From Myxococcota bacterium (GTDB lineage Bacteria > Myxococcota_A > SURF-8), in NCBI GenBank assembly GCA_963674735.2, contig CAXXQS010000002.1, positions 352,001 through 416,000 on the forward strand: 64,000 nt of DNA. The letters run 5' to 3'. The translations under genes and the position numbers were made by a program. Every line of letters begins with the position of its first letter. The stretch's first letter is position 1. The notes below the pieces were generated by a model, which saw only the letters and a list, made by a program, of their open reading frames with translations, ran no database searches and had not been told where the DNA came from. This document shows, one piece after another, positions 8,801 to 18,267 of this stretch.

Positions 8801-10741
8801 TTACTCCACGTCGTACACGCAGCCCGAGCCGTCGAGCACGCCCGCGAAACAGGCGGCCGTGGGCGTATGCACCTGGTCGGTGAGGAAGATGTGCATGTGC
8901 TTGTCGTTCGTTTCCACCTCGGGGAAATTGTATTGCTGGTGCACGCGCGTCGCGGCCGGGCCCTCGGGGTCGAATTGCATGTTGTTTTCAACCGGCGGGG
9001 TCACCGTCGGCATGCCGGTCACCGCATGATCCAGCGTAACATCCGACAGCCCCGCCCCGAAAAACCAGGCCTGCAGATCGGTGGAGGGATTGATGGCCAC
9101 CGGGTCGCCGATGGTTTCGAACAGCAACACGTGCTTGGGCGCGACGGAACGGCTTTCCTGCTTGGTGGGGTAGTTGCCGGGATCGCCGCCGTCGAGGATG
9201 CTCTGCAATTGCGCCATCAGAACGCGCGATTCGATGGCCGGACGCCCCTCGACGATATCGAGCATCATGTACTTGAACAGACCGTCCGATAACAGCATGC
9301 GATAAGGCGCGCCACCGGCGATCAGGCAGGAGGCCGACAAGGTGTCCGCCACCGCCGTGGTCAGCGTGCCGCTGATGGAGCCCATGGAATGACCGATATA
9401 GAAGGTGCGCCAGTTGTCGAGCGTCTGCGTCGCGCCGGTAATGGCATCGAGGCTGTCATTCAGGGCGGCGACGCCGGTTAAGACGGCCAGGTGGTCGGCG
9501 CTGGTCTGGCGGAAGTTGTCGCGGCTGCGTTTGGGCGAGCTGAAGTCGGCCATGGCCGCCATGCCGCCCGCGTCGCGGTCGCCGTGATACAGCAGATCCA
9601 TACCCATCACCGCCATACCCGCTTCGAGGTAGGGTTTGGCCACCATGAACAGATCGCGCTTGTAGCGCCCGCCGCCATGCTGCAAAAGCACCCAGGGAAG
9701 CGGAGGAGTTCCGTTTTTCGGCAGCGCCAGAATGAAGCCGGGAACGGTGTCGCCCTGCACGATGGGCCGTCCGGTTTCGAGATCCACGAGGATCTCGCCC
9801 GCCTCGTTCTGATAACGCGGCAGCGTGAACAGCCCCTGAATCACCGTATCGGCCATCACCGCCAGGGTGGCGGCGTCCGGGGCTTCCTCGCCATAGACGC
9901 TGAAATCGCTCACTTCCTCGGCGCTCGTGACGGTGAGGGCCGGATGAGCGGCCAGATAGCTGTAGAGTGCCGCATGCACGCCGCTGGTGCGCGACGGCGT
10001 AAAGGGTAAAGCGAGCACGAGTCCTTCCCCATGTCCGGCGTCCACCAAGGCCTGGGCGGCGGTAACATAATCGGCGTGGGCGCGGTCGCCGTCGCAGGCG
10101 GGAACGGGCGTCGCGCCATTTACAACATCCGCATTAAGCGCCAGGATGTAGCGTTCGCCTTCCTGCGGCATGGGTAGCGGCCTGGCGTAGTCGAGAATCA
10201 GCGTGCGTCCCTCATCTTCCACGGCGCAGCTTAGCGCTCCGGCATCCAGCACGCTCACCGTACCGTCGAGCCAAGCGTATAACGCCGCTCCGGCGCTGTC
10301 GCAGTCCTGCGCCTCGCCCTCCAGCGCGACGAAGAACGACGCCACCAGGGGGAAACCGTCCAGCCCACTCAACTCGGCGTACCAGTTTTCCCGCGCATCG
10401 AGCATCAACTCAGCGCTGCGGTCGTCTTCCGGCGGCGCCAGCACGACTCCCGTCAACGACTCGCCCGGTTGTTCCCATGCCGGTGTGGGAAACTGAATGA
10501 CGTTTTTAAGCGCCGCACAGGACTCGTAAACGAATTCCGGAGCGTCGCCGTCGGGGTCGTCGCCGTCGGGGTCGTCGCCATCGGGGTCGTCGCCATCGGG
10601 GTCGTCGCCATCGGGGTTGTCGCCATCGGGGTTGTCGCCGTCGACGGTTTCGCCGTCATCGCCGCCACAGGCCAACAAACCGCCGCCGACCAAAACCGCC
10701 AGTAAAAAGAGGGCGAACAAATGAAAACGGAGCTGCGTCAT
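8801..10741 (-). CDS. Lipoprotein alpha/beta-hydrolase (extracellular lipase-like) with DGDxP repeats
   Basis: Start MTQLRF at 10741; lipobox LLA|C; LLQHG, DLLYHGDR, RDNFRQT..D and nucleophile elbow GHSMG; candidate catalytic Asp (GDP) and His near the C-terminus. Confidence 0.82.
   Translation of the reverse strand: MTQLRFHLFALFLLAVLVGGGLLACGGDDGETVDGDNPDGDNPDGDDPDGDDPDGDDPDGDDPDGDAPEFVYESCAALKNVIQFPTPAWEQPGESLTGVVLAPPEDDRSAELMLDARENWYAELSGLDGFPLVASFFVALEGEAQDCDSAGAALYAWLDGTVSVLDAGALSCAVEDEGRTLILDYARPLPMPQEGERYILALNADVVNGATPVPACDGDRAHADYVTAAQALVDAGHGEGLVLALPFTPSRTSGVHAALYSYLAAHPALTVTSAEEVSDFSVYGEEAPDAATLAVMADTVIQGLFTLPRYQNEAGEILVDLETGRPIVQGDTVPGFILALPKNGTPPLPWVLLQHGGGRYKRDLFMVAKPYLEAGMAVMGMDLLYHGDRDAGGMAAMADFSSPKRSRDNFRQTSADHLAVLTGVAALNDSLDAITGATQTLDNWRTFYIGHSMGSISGTLTTAVADTLSASCLIAGGAPYRMLLSDGLFKYMMLDIVEGRPAIESRVLMAQLQSILDGGDPGNYPTKQESRSVAPKHVLLFETIGDPVAINPSTDLQAWFFGAGLSDVTLDHAVTGMPTVTPPVENNMQFDPEGPAATRVHQQYNFPEVETNDKHMHIFLTDQVHTPTAACFAGVLDGSGCVYDVE
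10544..10642 (-). repeat. 15-bp coding tandem repeat encoding (DGDxP)n, 7 DGD units
   Basis: gtcgcc[a/g]tcggggt[c/t] repeated; protein DGDNPDGDNPDGDDPDGDDPDGDDPDGDDPDGD. Confidence 0.95.
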
Positions 10742-11138
10742 CGTCAAACCTTTCCTGAAAACTCGCTGCGGATCGCTCCACAATCGACATTTGTTATCGC
10801 TTCGAAGCGACTATTCTGGCACAAGTTTCGGAAAAGTCAACGCGGCTTGCGATCAAATCATCCGAACGGAGTGCATCACACGATAGTGCAAACCGTTTGA
10901 TTTTTGGGGTGCAAGGGCCAGGCTGCCGGCTTGCCCGTGTGCGAAACTCTCATGGTCAAACTCCGCTTCTCTTCGCTTAGCCCACGTTTTGAAGGGCTTT
11001 CGGCAATCGTCTGTCAGACACTCATCCGAGCGTGATAGAGGGGTGACCGTTTCCACTCCCCTGCTTTTTTCCTACCGATACACAGGCTTTTCCGTTACAA
11101 TGCCACCGACTCGCCGGAACTTTCTTCAGGGGATCGAT

Positions 11139-12506
11139 ATGCGTCTCATCACCCATCTGTGGTTATGCCTTCTTGTTGCGGGCGTCTGTGCGGCCTGCAC
11201 CGGCGACGACATCGAGACGCCCGCCACCGACGGCGACGGCGACGCAGACACAATCGTCGACGGCGACCGGGACGACGAACGCGAGATCGACCGGGAGGAC
11301 GACACCACGCTGGGCAGCGGCTTCGCCTGCGAACCGCAAACCTGCCGCAAGGGATTTCTGCCGCCCCCAAGTTGCCTGATGCCCGACTCGACTCTGATTC
11401 CTCCCCCGAACACGCCCGCCGTCTGCGAGTCGGCCGACGACTGCGCCCCCACCGAAACCTGCGTGGCCGCCTCTCCCGATTGGCTGTGTGTGCCCGAAAG
11501 CCTGCCCCGTTGGCTGTCCGGCTATCGCTTCGGATCGACTTGCGCCTGGGAGCTCATCGCCGAAAGCCAAAGCTCCTGCGCCATCACGGGAGTGTGGGAA
11601 AACGCGGGCGACCTCGTTTCGCTCGAATATTGCAGCGAAACCGAAACCAGCCGCCTGTGCCGCTCCGGCGACTGCCGAAACCTGGAGGAATCCCTCCCCG
11701 CCAAGACGCTGATGGACGTCGTCGCCTGCGGAATTCCCCGCCACACCTTTGTTTTGCTGCGCGACGAGTCGGAATGGCCCTACACCTACCTGCTGTATCG
11801 GGACAGCGAAGACGGCCTGGAACGGCTCAAACACATCACGAACCTAACCGACCAGTATCTGATCGACGGTGCCTCCGCCCATTTCCTATGCGGATCGGCC
11901 GGACGCCTGTTCGCCATCACCCCCGGCGAAGTCCTGCATTATCGCGACGGCGCATTCCAGTCTTTCGTCACCCTCGACGAACTGCGCAACCAACTGGAAA
12001 GTCAGGAATTGTGGGGCGCTTTCGACGGCGCGGCCTTCGATCCCGATCATCCCGAGCGCCTGCGCCTGGGCGCGGCCGGGGATTACCAGACCTGGCGCTT
12101 TATCCTCGACGCCGACGGTTCGCTGATCGATGCGCGCCGCAACGAGATCGATAGCTGGCAAACCCGCATCCTGCCGCTTTTCGGGAGCGATTGGCTGATC
12201 GGCGAAGGCAAAAACCTGAAACGCTACATCACCGGCGAATCCTACCTCGACCTCTTCACCCTGGCGGAAAACGAAACCCTGATCGGCGTGGACGGCCAAG
12301 GCGGCCTGCTCACCCGCACCCTGAGCCGTCTGTTTCGCTATCCCTTAAGTGCGGATGCACTGCCCGTCGCCGCGGACAGCGGGCTGCCGTTCCCGGCCGA
12401 TTACCCCGGCTATCTGCCCGCGATCCGGCAAGTCTTTCTGCATGCGGAGCTGGGCGATTCCCCCGCTTTCCTGTGGATGCAGTTCCGACCCGTAAGCGAT
12501 TTCTAG
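11139..12506 (+). CDS. Hypothetical lipoprotein with DGD linker, Cys-rich segment and propeller-like C-terminus
   Basis: Start MRLITH at 11139 (AGGGG upstream); lipobox-like CAA|C; TDGDGDADTIVDGDRDD; VCESADDCAPTETC. Confidence 0.75.
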   Translation: MRLITHLWLCLLVAGVCAACTGDDIETPATDGDGDADTIVDGDRDDEREIDREDDTTLGSGFACEPQTCRKGFLPPPSCLMPDSTLIPPPNTPAVCESADDCAPTETCVAASPDWLCVPESLPRWLSGYRFGSTCAWELIAESQSSCAITGVWENAGDLVSLEYCSETETSRLCRSGDCRNLEESLPAKTLMDVVACGIPRHTFVLLRDESEWPYTYLLYRDSEDGLERLKHITNLTDQYLIDGASAHFLCGSAGRLFAITPGEVLHYRDGAFQSFVTLDELRNQLESQELWGAFDGAAFDPDHPERLRLGAAGDYQTWRFILDADGSLIDARRNEIDSWQTRILPLFGSDWLIGEGKNLKRYITGESYLDLFTLAENETLIGVDGQGGLLTRTLSRLFRYPLSADALPVAADSGLPFPADYPGYLPAIRQVFLHAELGDSPAFLWMQFRPVSDF

Positions 12507-12654
12507 CCATTGACGCCGACATTCCCCCTTCGGCTTTCCACGGACTCATTCGCTCTAATCTACCGGTTTGCAGTGGTATACATGTTTTCTCGTATTTACA
12601 GGCTATTTATCGATTATACAAAGCTATTTCCGTTGTTTTATCTGACATTTTTGC

Positions 12655-12683
12655 TTGCCTTCCACGGATGTGACAGGTATTCT
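12655..12683 (+). promoter_or_regulatory. Putative sigma-70 promoter of the oxidoreductase operon
   Basis: TTGCCT-N17-TATTCT. Confidence 0.5.
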
Positions 12684-12751
12684 GATCGTCGTAGAAGACA
12701 TGGCGGGCCATGCAGTCCCGCCCTGAAAACACTCAACCCTGCTCGCACTCA

Positions 12752-13480
12752 ATGAACACCACTATGGATTTGAAGGTCAAACCGGTCAACCTGTTCGTCG
12801 GTAATTACGGAAGCGGAAAAACGGAAGTTTCCGTCAACCTGGCGCTGGCGCTGGCCGAAAGCGGATCAACCGTCGAAATGGCCGATCTGGACGTGGTGAA
12901 CCCCTATTTCCGCAGCCGCGAAGTCCGCCATCTTCTCGAAAAGCAGAATATCCGCACGGTTTTACCCGACGACGGTCTGCTCAACGCCGACCTGCCCATC
13001 GTGGTGCCGGGCATCCGCGGTTTGATCCAACGCCCCCGAGGCGTCGCCATCCTCGATGTGGGCGGCGACGACGTGGGTGCAACGATTCTCGGCAGTCTGC
13101 GCGATGTGCTGCTGGCCGCCGATCACGACATGCTGCAAGTGGTCAACGGCTACCGGCCCTTCACCGACACGGTGGAAGGCACGGTGGCGATTACACGTGA
13201 AATCGAAGCCGCCGCGCGGCTTTCCGTCACCGGCGTGGTGGGCAATCCTCATCTCATGGAGGAAACCACGCTTGACACCATTTTGAACGGGTACGCGTTC
13301 ACCTGCGACGTCGCGCAGGAACTGGGCTTGCCGGTGCTCTTCATCACCTGCCCGGAAGCCTTGATCGACGCCCTTTCGCCGGACGCCGTTGCCTGTCCGG
13401 TATTGCCGATCCGACAACGCCTGCTGCCGCCGTGGAAACGCCGCCAGGCACTGGGCCCGAAGAAATTCCTGTTGTCCTAG
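12752..13480 (+). CDS. P-loop NTPase (MinD/CbiA-like) of the type found upstream of 2-oxoacid:ferredoxin oxidoreductase genes
   Basis: GNYGSGKTE Walker A, DLDVVNPYFRSRE, LDVGGD, VVNGYRPFT. Start uncertain (12710, 12752 or 12764). Confidence 0.85.
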   Translation: MNTTMDLKVKPVNLFVGNYGSGKTEVSVNLALALAESGSTVEMADLDVVNPYFRSREVRHLLEKQNIRTVLPDDGLLNADLPIVVPGIRGLIQRPRGVAILDVGGDDVGATILGSLRDVLLAADHDMLQVVNGYRPFTDTVEGTVAITREIEAAARLSVTGVVGNPHLMEETTLDTILNGYAFTCDVAQELGLPVLFITCPEALIDALSPDAVACPVLPIRQRLLPPWKRRQALGPKKFLLS

Positions 13481-13509
13481 ACCGTCAAACGGATCAGGAG
13501 GTATAGTGG

Positions 13510-14505
13510 ATGCCTGAAGTTATCATCGATCGAGACCGCTGCAAGGGTTGCGGCCTGTGCGTGGACGCCTGTCCCAAAGACGTTCTGGGCATGAGCACGG
13601 ACATCAACGCCAAAGGTTACTTCTACTCCGAAGCCCAACGTCCCGACGACTGCATCGGATGCAAAACCTGTGCGATCACCTGCCCGGATGTGGCCATCGT
13701 CGTCAAAAACAAGCGCAAGGGCGAAGATGAGGAGCGGGTGGTGTTCCAGCGCCCGGAATCCTTAACGGAAAACATCACCCATTACTGCCCCGGCTGCACC
13801 CATGGCATCATCCATCGTCTGGTGGCCGAGGTGCTCGACGAACTGGGCCTGCGGGAACGCACCGTGGGCGTCGCCCCGGTGGGTTGTGCGGTTTTAGCTT
13901 ACAACTACTTCAACTGCGATTTCCTCGAAGCCGCCCACGGCCGCGCCCCGGCCTTCGCGACCGGACTCAAGCGTGTGCGCCCCGATCTGATCGTGTTTAC
14001 CTACCAAGGCGACGGCGATCTGGCCTCCATCGGCGGCAACGAGATTCTGCACGCCGCCAATCGCGGCGAGAAATTCACCACCATCTTCGTCAACAACGCC
14101 ATTTACGGCATGACCGGCGGTCAGATGGCCCCCACGACCCTGCCGAACCAGGTCACCACGACCTCCCCCATGGGTCGCAACGTGGAAGAAGTCGGATACC
14201 CGCTGAGGGTGGCCGAACTGCTCTCGACCCTGCGGACTCCGGGCTACGTGGCGCGTCAGTCGGTCCATACGCCGAAGAACATCATCCGTACCAAACAAGC
14301 CATCAAAAAGGCCTTCACCTACCAGATGGAGGGTCGCTGCTTCTCCCTGGTCGAAGTGTTGTCGACCTGCCCGACCAACTGGGGCAAGACCACCCGGGAA
14401 GCCTGCACGTGGCTGGAAGAAAACATGATCCCGTATTACCCGCTCGGTGAATTCAAAAATCCCGATTCGGACGCGGATACGGCCAGCGACACCCAAACGG
14501 CGTAG
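13510..14505 (+). CDS. 2-oxoacid:ferredoxin oxidoreductase delta (2x[4Fe-4S])-beta (TPP-binding) fusion, Vor-type
   Basis: CKGCGLCVDACP and CIGCKTCAITCP, then HYCPGC, HGRAPA, GDGD...NN and TCPTNW. AGGAGG RBS. Confidence 0.92.
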   Translation: MPEVIIDRDRCKGCGLCVDACPKDVLGMSTDINAKGYFYSEAQRPDDCIGCKTCAITCPDVAIVVKNKRKGEDEERVVFQRPESLTENITHYCPGCTHGIIHRLVAEVLDELGLRERTVGVAPVGCAVLAYNYFNCDFLEAAHGRAPAFATGLKRVRPDLIVFTYQGDGDLASIGGNEILHAANRGEKFTTIFVNNAIYGMTGGQMAPTTLPNQVTTTSPMGRNVEEVGYPLRVAELLSTLRTPGYVARQSVHTPKNIIRTKQAIKKAFTYQMEGRCFSLVEVLSTCPTNWGKTTREACTWLEENMIPYYPLGEFKNPDSDADTASDTQTA

Positions 14506-14518
14506 GAGGAAGGCGATC

Positions 14519-15061
14519 ATGCAAGCGGAAGTGATGTTCGCAGGATTCGGCGGTCAAGGCATTATGCTCAGCGGCAAAATCTGGGCGGTGGCCGCCATGG
14601 CGGCCGGACACGAAGTGGTGTGGATTCCCTCCTATGGCCCGGAAATGCGGGGAGGAACGGCTTACTGTACCGTGGTTCTGGCCGACCGGCCCATCGGGTC
14701 ACCGGTGATCAGCTCACCGGGACACTTACTGGTCATGAACCGCCCCTCGCTCGAAAAATTCGCCCCGGTGATGAAGCCCGACGGCGTGTGCATGGTCAAC
14801 AGTTCGCTCATCCCCATCGAGTCGGGGCGCGCGGACATCGACGAGCTGCGTGTCCCCTGCAACGATCTGGCGATTGAACTGGGCAACCCGAAGGTCGCCA
14901 ACATCATCGCGCTGGGAGCCTTCGCGGCGCGCGCCGATCTGCTGGATTTCGAACTGGTGCGCGAAGCGGTACGCAAAACCTTCGCCGCCAAACCCAAGCT
15001 GATCCCGCTCAACATGGATGCACTGGACCGCGGCAAGCAGGTTGCTCTCGATAACCAATGA
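14519..15061 (+). CDS. 2-oxoacid:ferredoxin oxidoreductase gamma subunit
   Basis: AGFGGQGIML, PSYGPEMRGG, ANIIALGA. Start at 14519 after AGGAGG. Confidence 0.93.
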   Translation: MQAEVMFAGFGGQGIMLSGKIWAVAAMAAGHEVVWIPSYGPEMRGGTAYCTVVLADRPIGSPVISSPGHLLVMNRPSLEKFAPVMKPDGVCMVNSSLIPIESGRADIDELRVPCNDLAIELGNPKVANIIALGAFAARADLLDFELVREAVRKTFAAKPKLIPLNMDALDRGKQVALDNQ

Positions 15062-15103
15062 CCTTTCCGGGGGCGCCCCCCGTAGATGCAGGCGGAGGAT
15101 TTC

Positions 15104-16162
15104 ATGGCGAAGAAACTGATGAAAGGCGCGGAAGCCATCGGCGAAGCCGCAATCTGGGCCGGATGTAAAACCTATTTCTGTTATCCCATCACCCCGCAAA
15201 CCGAAGTGGCCGAATACCTGGCACGACGCATGCCGCAGGCGGGCGGGGTCTTTTTGCAGGCCGAAAGCGAGCTGGCAGCCTCCAACATGCTGTTCGGCGC
15301 CGCCAGTACCGGCGAACGGGTGTTCACCTCCTCGTCCTCTCCCGGCATCAGTTTGATGTCGGAGGCGATTTCGTATATCGCCGCCGCCGAACTGCCGGTG
15401 GTGCTCATCAACATCGTGCGCTCCGGCCCCGGTCTGGGCGGCATCCTGCCCGCGCAGTCGGATTATTTTCAGGCTACCAAGGGCGGCGGACACGGCGATT
15501 ACCGCCTGATCGTACTGGCCCCCTCAACCATTCAAGAGGCGGTCGACCTCACCATGGCCGCTTTCGATCTGGCCGACCAATACCGCAATCCGGTGATGGT
15601 GGTGGGCGATGGCTTGATCGGGCAGATGATGGAACCGGTGGAGTTCCCCGAAGATTACAAGCCCGCCCGCGTGGACTCCAGCGACTGGGCCACCACCGGC
15701 GCCAAAGGGCGGAAACCCCACTTGATCAAAACCTTGTTCCTCGATCCGAACCTCTGCGATCAACACAACATCAAGCTCGCAGAGAAATACCAACGCATCA
15801 CCGACGCCGAGCAGAAATCCGAAAGCATCAACCTGGATTGCGACTACGACATTCTGCTCGTCAGCTACGGCACCATGAGCCGCATCTGCAAAACCGTCGT
15901 CGAAGACCTGCAGGCCGACGGTATCAAGGTCGGCATGATCCGCCCCATCACGCTGTATCCGTTCCCCTATCAAGCCGTTGCCGAAGCGGCCAAACGGCCC
16001 TCCTGCAAAGCCGTTCTCAGCGTCGAGATGAGTATGGGCCAGATGGTCGAAGACGTGCGTCTGGCGGTCGAGGGAACCAAGCCCGTCCACTGGTACGGTC
16101 GCGCAGGCGGCGTGATCCCCACCACCGAGGAAGTCATCGGCAAGATCAAAGAGCTTCTGTAA
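15104..16162 (+). CDS. vorB: 2-oxoacid:ferredoxin oxidoreductase alpha subunit (VorB-like)
   Basis: YPITPQTE, QAESE, TSSSSPGISL, RSGPGLGGI.P.Q.DY, VEMSMGQM.EDV. GGAGG RBS. Confidence 0.9.
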   Translation: MAKKLMKGAEAIGEAAIWAGCKTYFCYPITPQTEVAEYLARRMPQAGGVFLQAESELAASNMLFGAASTGERVFTSSSSPGISLMSEAISYIAAAELPVVLINIVRSGPGLGGILPAQSDYFQATKGGGHGDYRLIVLAPSTIQEAVDLTMAAFDLADQYRNPVMVVGDGLIGQMMEPVEFPEDYKPARVDSSDWATTGAKGRKPHLIKTLFLDPNLCDQHNIKLAEKYQRITDAEQKSESINLDCDYDILLVSYGTMSRICKTVVEDLQADGIKVGMIRPITLYPFPYQAVAEAAKRPSCKAVLSVEMSMGQMVEDVRLAVEGTKPVHWYGRAGGVIPTTEEVIGKIKELL

Positions 16163-16184
16163 CGCTCTCCACTCCTATCCATCC

Positions 16185-16214
16185 TCCCCCCGACCGATCG
16201 GGGGGATTTTTTTT
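16185..16214 (+). terminator. Rho-independent terminator
   Basis: TCCCCCCGA-CCGA-TCGGGGGGA followed by T8. Confidence 0.88.
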
Positions 16215-16478
16215 GAGCCGTCTCGCCGCCTCCCGCCGGGAAATCCGTTGGACCGGCTTGCCGAGGGGTACCGTGAGCATCCCGGCGTCAAATCCGCATC
16301 TCCATCCTTAATTGCGGTGTGCAGAAGGTCAGGCCGGCTTTCCGGCAAGGGGTTCCGAAACGCGCACAGCTTTCCTCTGGACTCACCCATTGCGGAAGTG
16401 GGAAAAACCCAGCAAAAACACGGCCAATACTCCACTAAATATCTTATATTCAATAGTATTTTTGAACAGTTAAGGCGA

Positions 16479-16539
16479 GTGACAATTTTCGTCACCCCTA
16501 CGGTGGCAAGACGGCAAGGACGGTGGCAATTTTTGTCAC
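16479..16539. promoter_or_regulatory. Two palindromic upstream activator sites for pilA (PilR-type enhancer candidates)
   Basis: GTGACAATTTTCGTCAC (16479-16495) and GTGGCAATTTTTGTCAC (16523-16539), 44 bp apart, about 90-150 bp upstream of the sigma-54 site. Confidence 0.65.
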
Positions 16540-16624
16540 TTCGCATGATTTCACCGCGCCGAAAATGAGCGGATTTATTTATTTTAGCAATGGATTCGGC
16601 TAGTTAAAAGAATAATAGGGAAAA

Positions 16625-16641
16625 TTGGCACAGGGCTTGCT
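16625..16641 (+). promoter_or_regulatory. Sigma-54 -24/-12 promoter of pilA
   Basis: TTGGCAC-AGGGC-TTGCT matches TGGCAC-N5-TTGC exactly. Confidence 0.88.
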
Positions 16642-16710
16642 TTACTATCCGGTAACTCCACACACGGAGGAATTTTTTAGGGTCATAACACAGCTTTAAG
16701 GAGACACGTT

Positions 16711-17130
16711 ATGAAAAAAGGTTTTACGTTGATTGAGTTGATGATCGTCGTGGCCATTATTGGTATTCTGGCCGCCGTCGCCATTCCGGCTTATTCCGAC
16801 TATGTCAAGAAGAGCCGTGAAGCTGAAGCCATCAATGCTCTCGGTGACATCCGCACCGCCCAGATCGCTTACAAAGACGATCCGGCCTCCGGCGCTGGCG
16901 CCTATGCCGAGAACATCGTTGAGCTGAAATGGCACATCGACAGTGGCGAAGCTGGCGGCGGCGTGGGCGGCACCATCGGTCGCGGTCCTGCGTACTTCAC
17001 CTATGAGACCGGCCAGGCCCTCGATCCGGGTCAGTATGCCATGACCACCACCGGCAATGCCGCGCAGGTCATCCATCCCTCGATCGAAGTCCATCACGAT
17101 GGCAAACTGGTTTACGCCGACACCCTGTAA
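16711..17130 (+). CDS. pilA: Type IVa major pilin
   Basis: MKKG|[24 protein letters not shown] prepilin motif; AAGGAG RBS; own sigma-54 promoter and terminator. Confidence 0.93.
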   Translation: MKKGFTLIELMIVVAIIGILAAVAIPAYSDYVKKSREAEAINALGDIRTAQIAYKDDPASGAGAYAENIVELKWHIDSGEAGGGVGGTIGRGPAYFTYETGQALDPGQYAMTTTGNAAQVIHPSIEVHHDGKLVYADTL

Positions 17131-17170
17131 GAACCGACCTGTCGCTTAACGCGACTTTGGGAGGCCTCGG

Positions 17171-17200
17171 AACCCCCACCTTCGGGTGGGGGTTTTTTTT
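17171..17200 (+). terminator. Rho-independent terminator after pilA
   Basis: AACCCCCACC-TTCG-GGTGGGGGTT plus T-tract. Confidence 0.9.
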
Positions 17201-17370
17201 AAGTTCCGAACCGCCAATCGACAGTCGGACGTCACAAGGTCGCATCGTTACCGGAAAAATCGACCGTTTCCCGACTAGCCGTCAACGCGAAACCGTGACT
17301 CCTCCACATTTCTCTTGACACAAATCGATTCGAATTTAGTTTAGTACGAGTATCTTAAGATTAAGGTTAT

Positions 17371-18267
17371 ATGGAGTCCGGGTTTCAGATGCGTCATCGT
17401 CACCACATCCTCTGGATACTGATTCTCGCCATTCTTCTGGGCGTTTATGCCATTATTGAAACGAATCTGCGGGACAAAGTGGCCGCCGATTCCCAATCCG
17501 CCACCTTCCACGTCTTACCCGAAAAGAAAATCGCTCCCGTTTTATCGTTGGGCTTTCAAAATCTCTGGGCCGACGTTCTGCTCCTGCAAACCCAGATCTA
17601 TTCCTACGATCACCGCGAAAATATGACGCTCGAAAGAACTCACCAGCTCAAATCCATGGTCGATTTAATTCTGGCGCTGGATCCGCATTACACCGTCGCC
17701 GCGCGTTTCGGCCACTTCGTTTTATCCTCATTCGGCGATTTGATGGGCATCGTGGAAGCCAACGAAATTCTTTACAAAAGCTGGAAACGAAATCCGGATG
17801 AATACCGGTTGCCGATGTACATCGGTTTCAATTATTATCTGAACGCCGAGGCGCCCAACCAAGTCGTGAAATGGTTTCGGGTGGCGCTCGAAAACCCCGA
17901 AGCCCCGCGTCGCCTGATCTGGATGGTGGACATGATGCTGCGCAGCCAATCCGGCGATCCCAAAAATTACCGCATTCACAAACAGGCCATGTGCAGCATG
18001 TGCGAAGAAGCGGAAGATCCCCTGCAAATTCGTCACCTTTGCGGACGCTGCAAACTATACGACATCCTCGTCCAGCTAAACGATCTGGCGCAGCGTTTCC
18101 GCTCCGAACAGAAACAGCCGCTTGAAACCCCCCAGGATTTCGTTCGAACAGGTTATCTGGCGGAACTGCCGCCCTGTCCGGAAGGGGGCCGCTGGTACAT
18201 TCGCGAGGATGGCGTTATCGATTCGACAGCCAATATTGATGCGGTTACGAACGTGGACCGGAGATGA
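17371..18267 (+). CDS. Pilus-associated ABC accessory protein (Myxococcus PilG / Geobacter XapA-like)
   Basis: N-terminal TM, SLGFQNLWADVLLL, TPR-like helices (LDPHY, NPDEYRLP.YIGFNYY), pseudopilin-like tail (GYLAELPPCPEGG). Sits between pilA and the ABC genes. Start may be 17389. Confidence 0.7.
   Translation: MESGFQMRHRHHILWILILAILLGVYAIIETNLRDKVAADSQSATFHVLPEKKIAPVLSLGFQNLWADVLLLQTQIYSYDHRENMTLERTHQLKSMVDLILALDPHYTVAARFGHFVLSSFGDLMGIVEANEILYKSWKRNPDEYRLPMYIGFNYYLNAEAPNQVVKWFRVALENPEAPRRLIWMVDMMLRSQSGDPKNYRIHKQAMCSMCEEAEDPLQIRHLCGRCKLYDILVQLNDLAQRFRSEQKQPLETPQDFVRTGYLAELPPCPEGGRWYIREDGVIDSTANIDAVTNVDRR

Noticed and set aside
16711-17130. Electrically conductive (e-)pilin
   Set aside because: Full-length pilin with about 11 F/Y/W in 135 mature residues. 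Aromatics are present at 1, 24, 27 and 50 but not at 32, 51 or 57, and no multiheme cytochromes are nearby.
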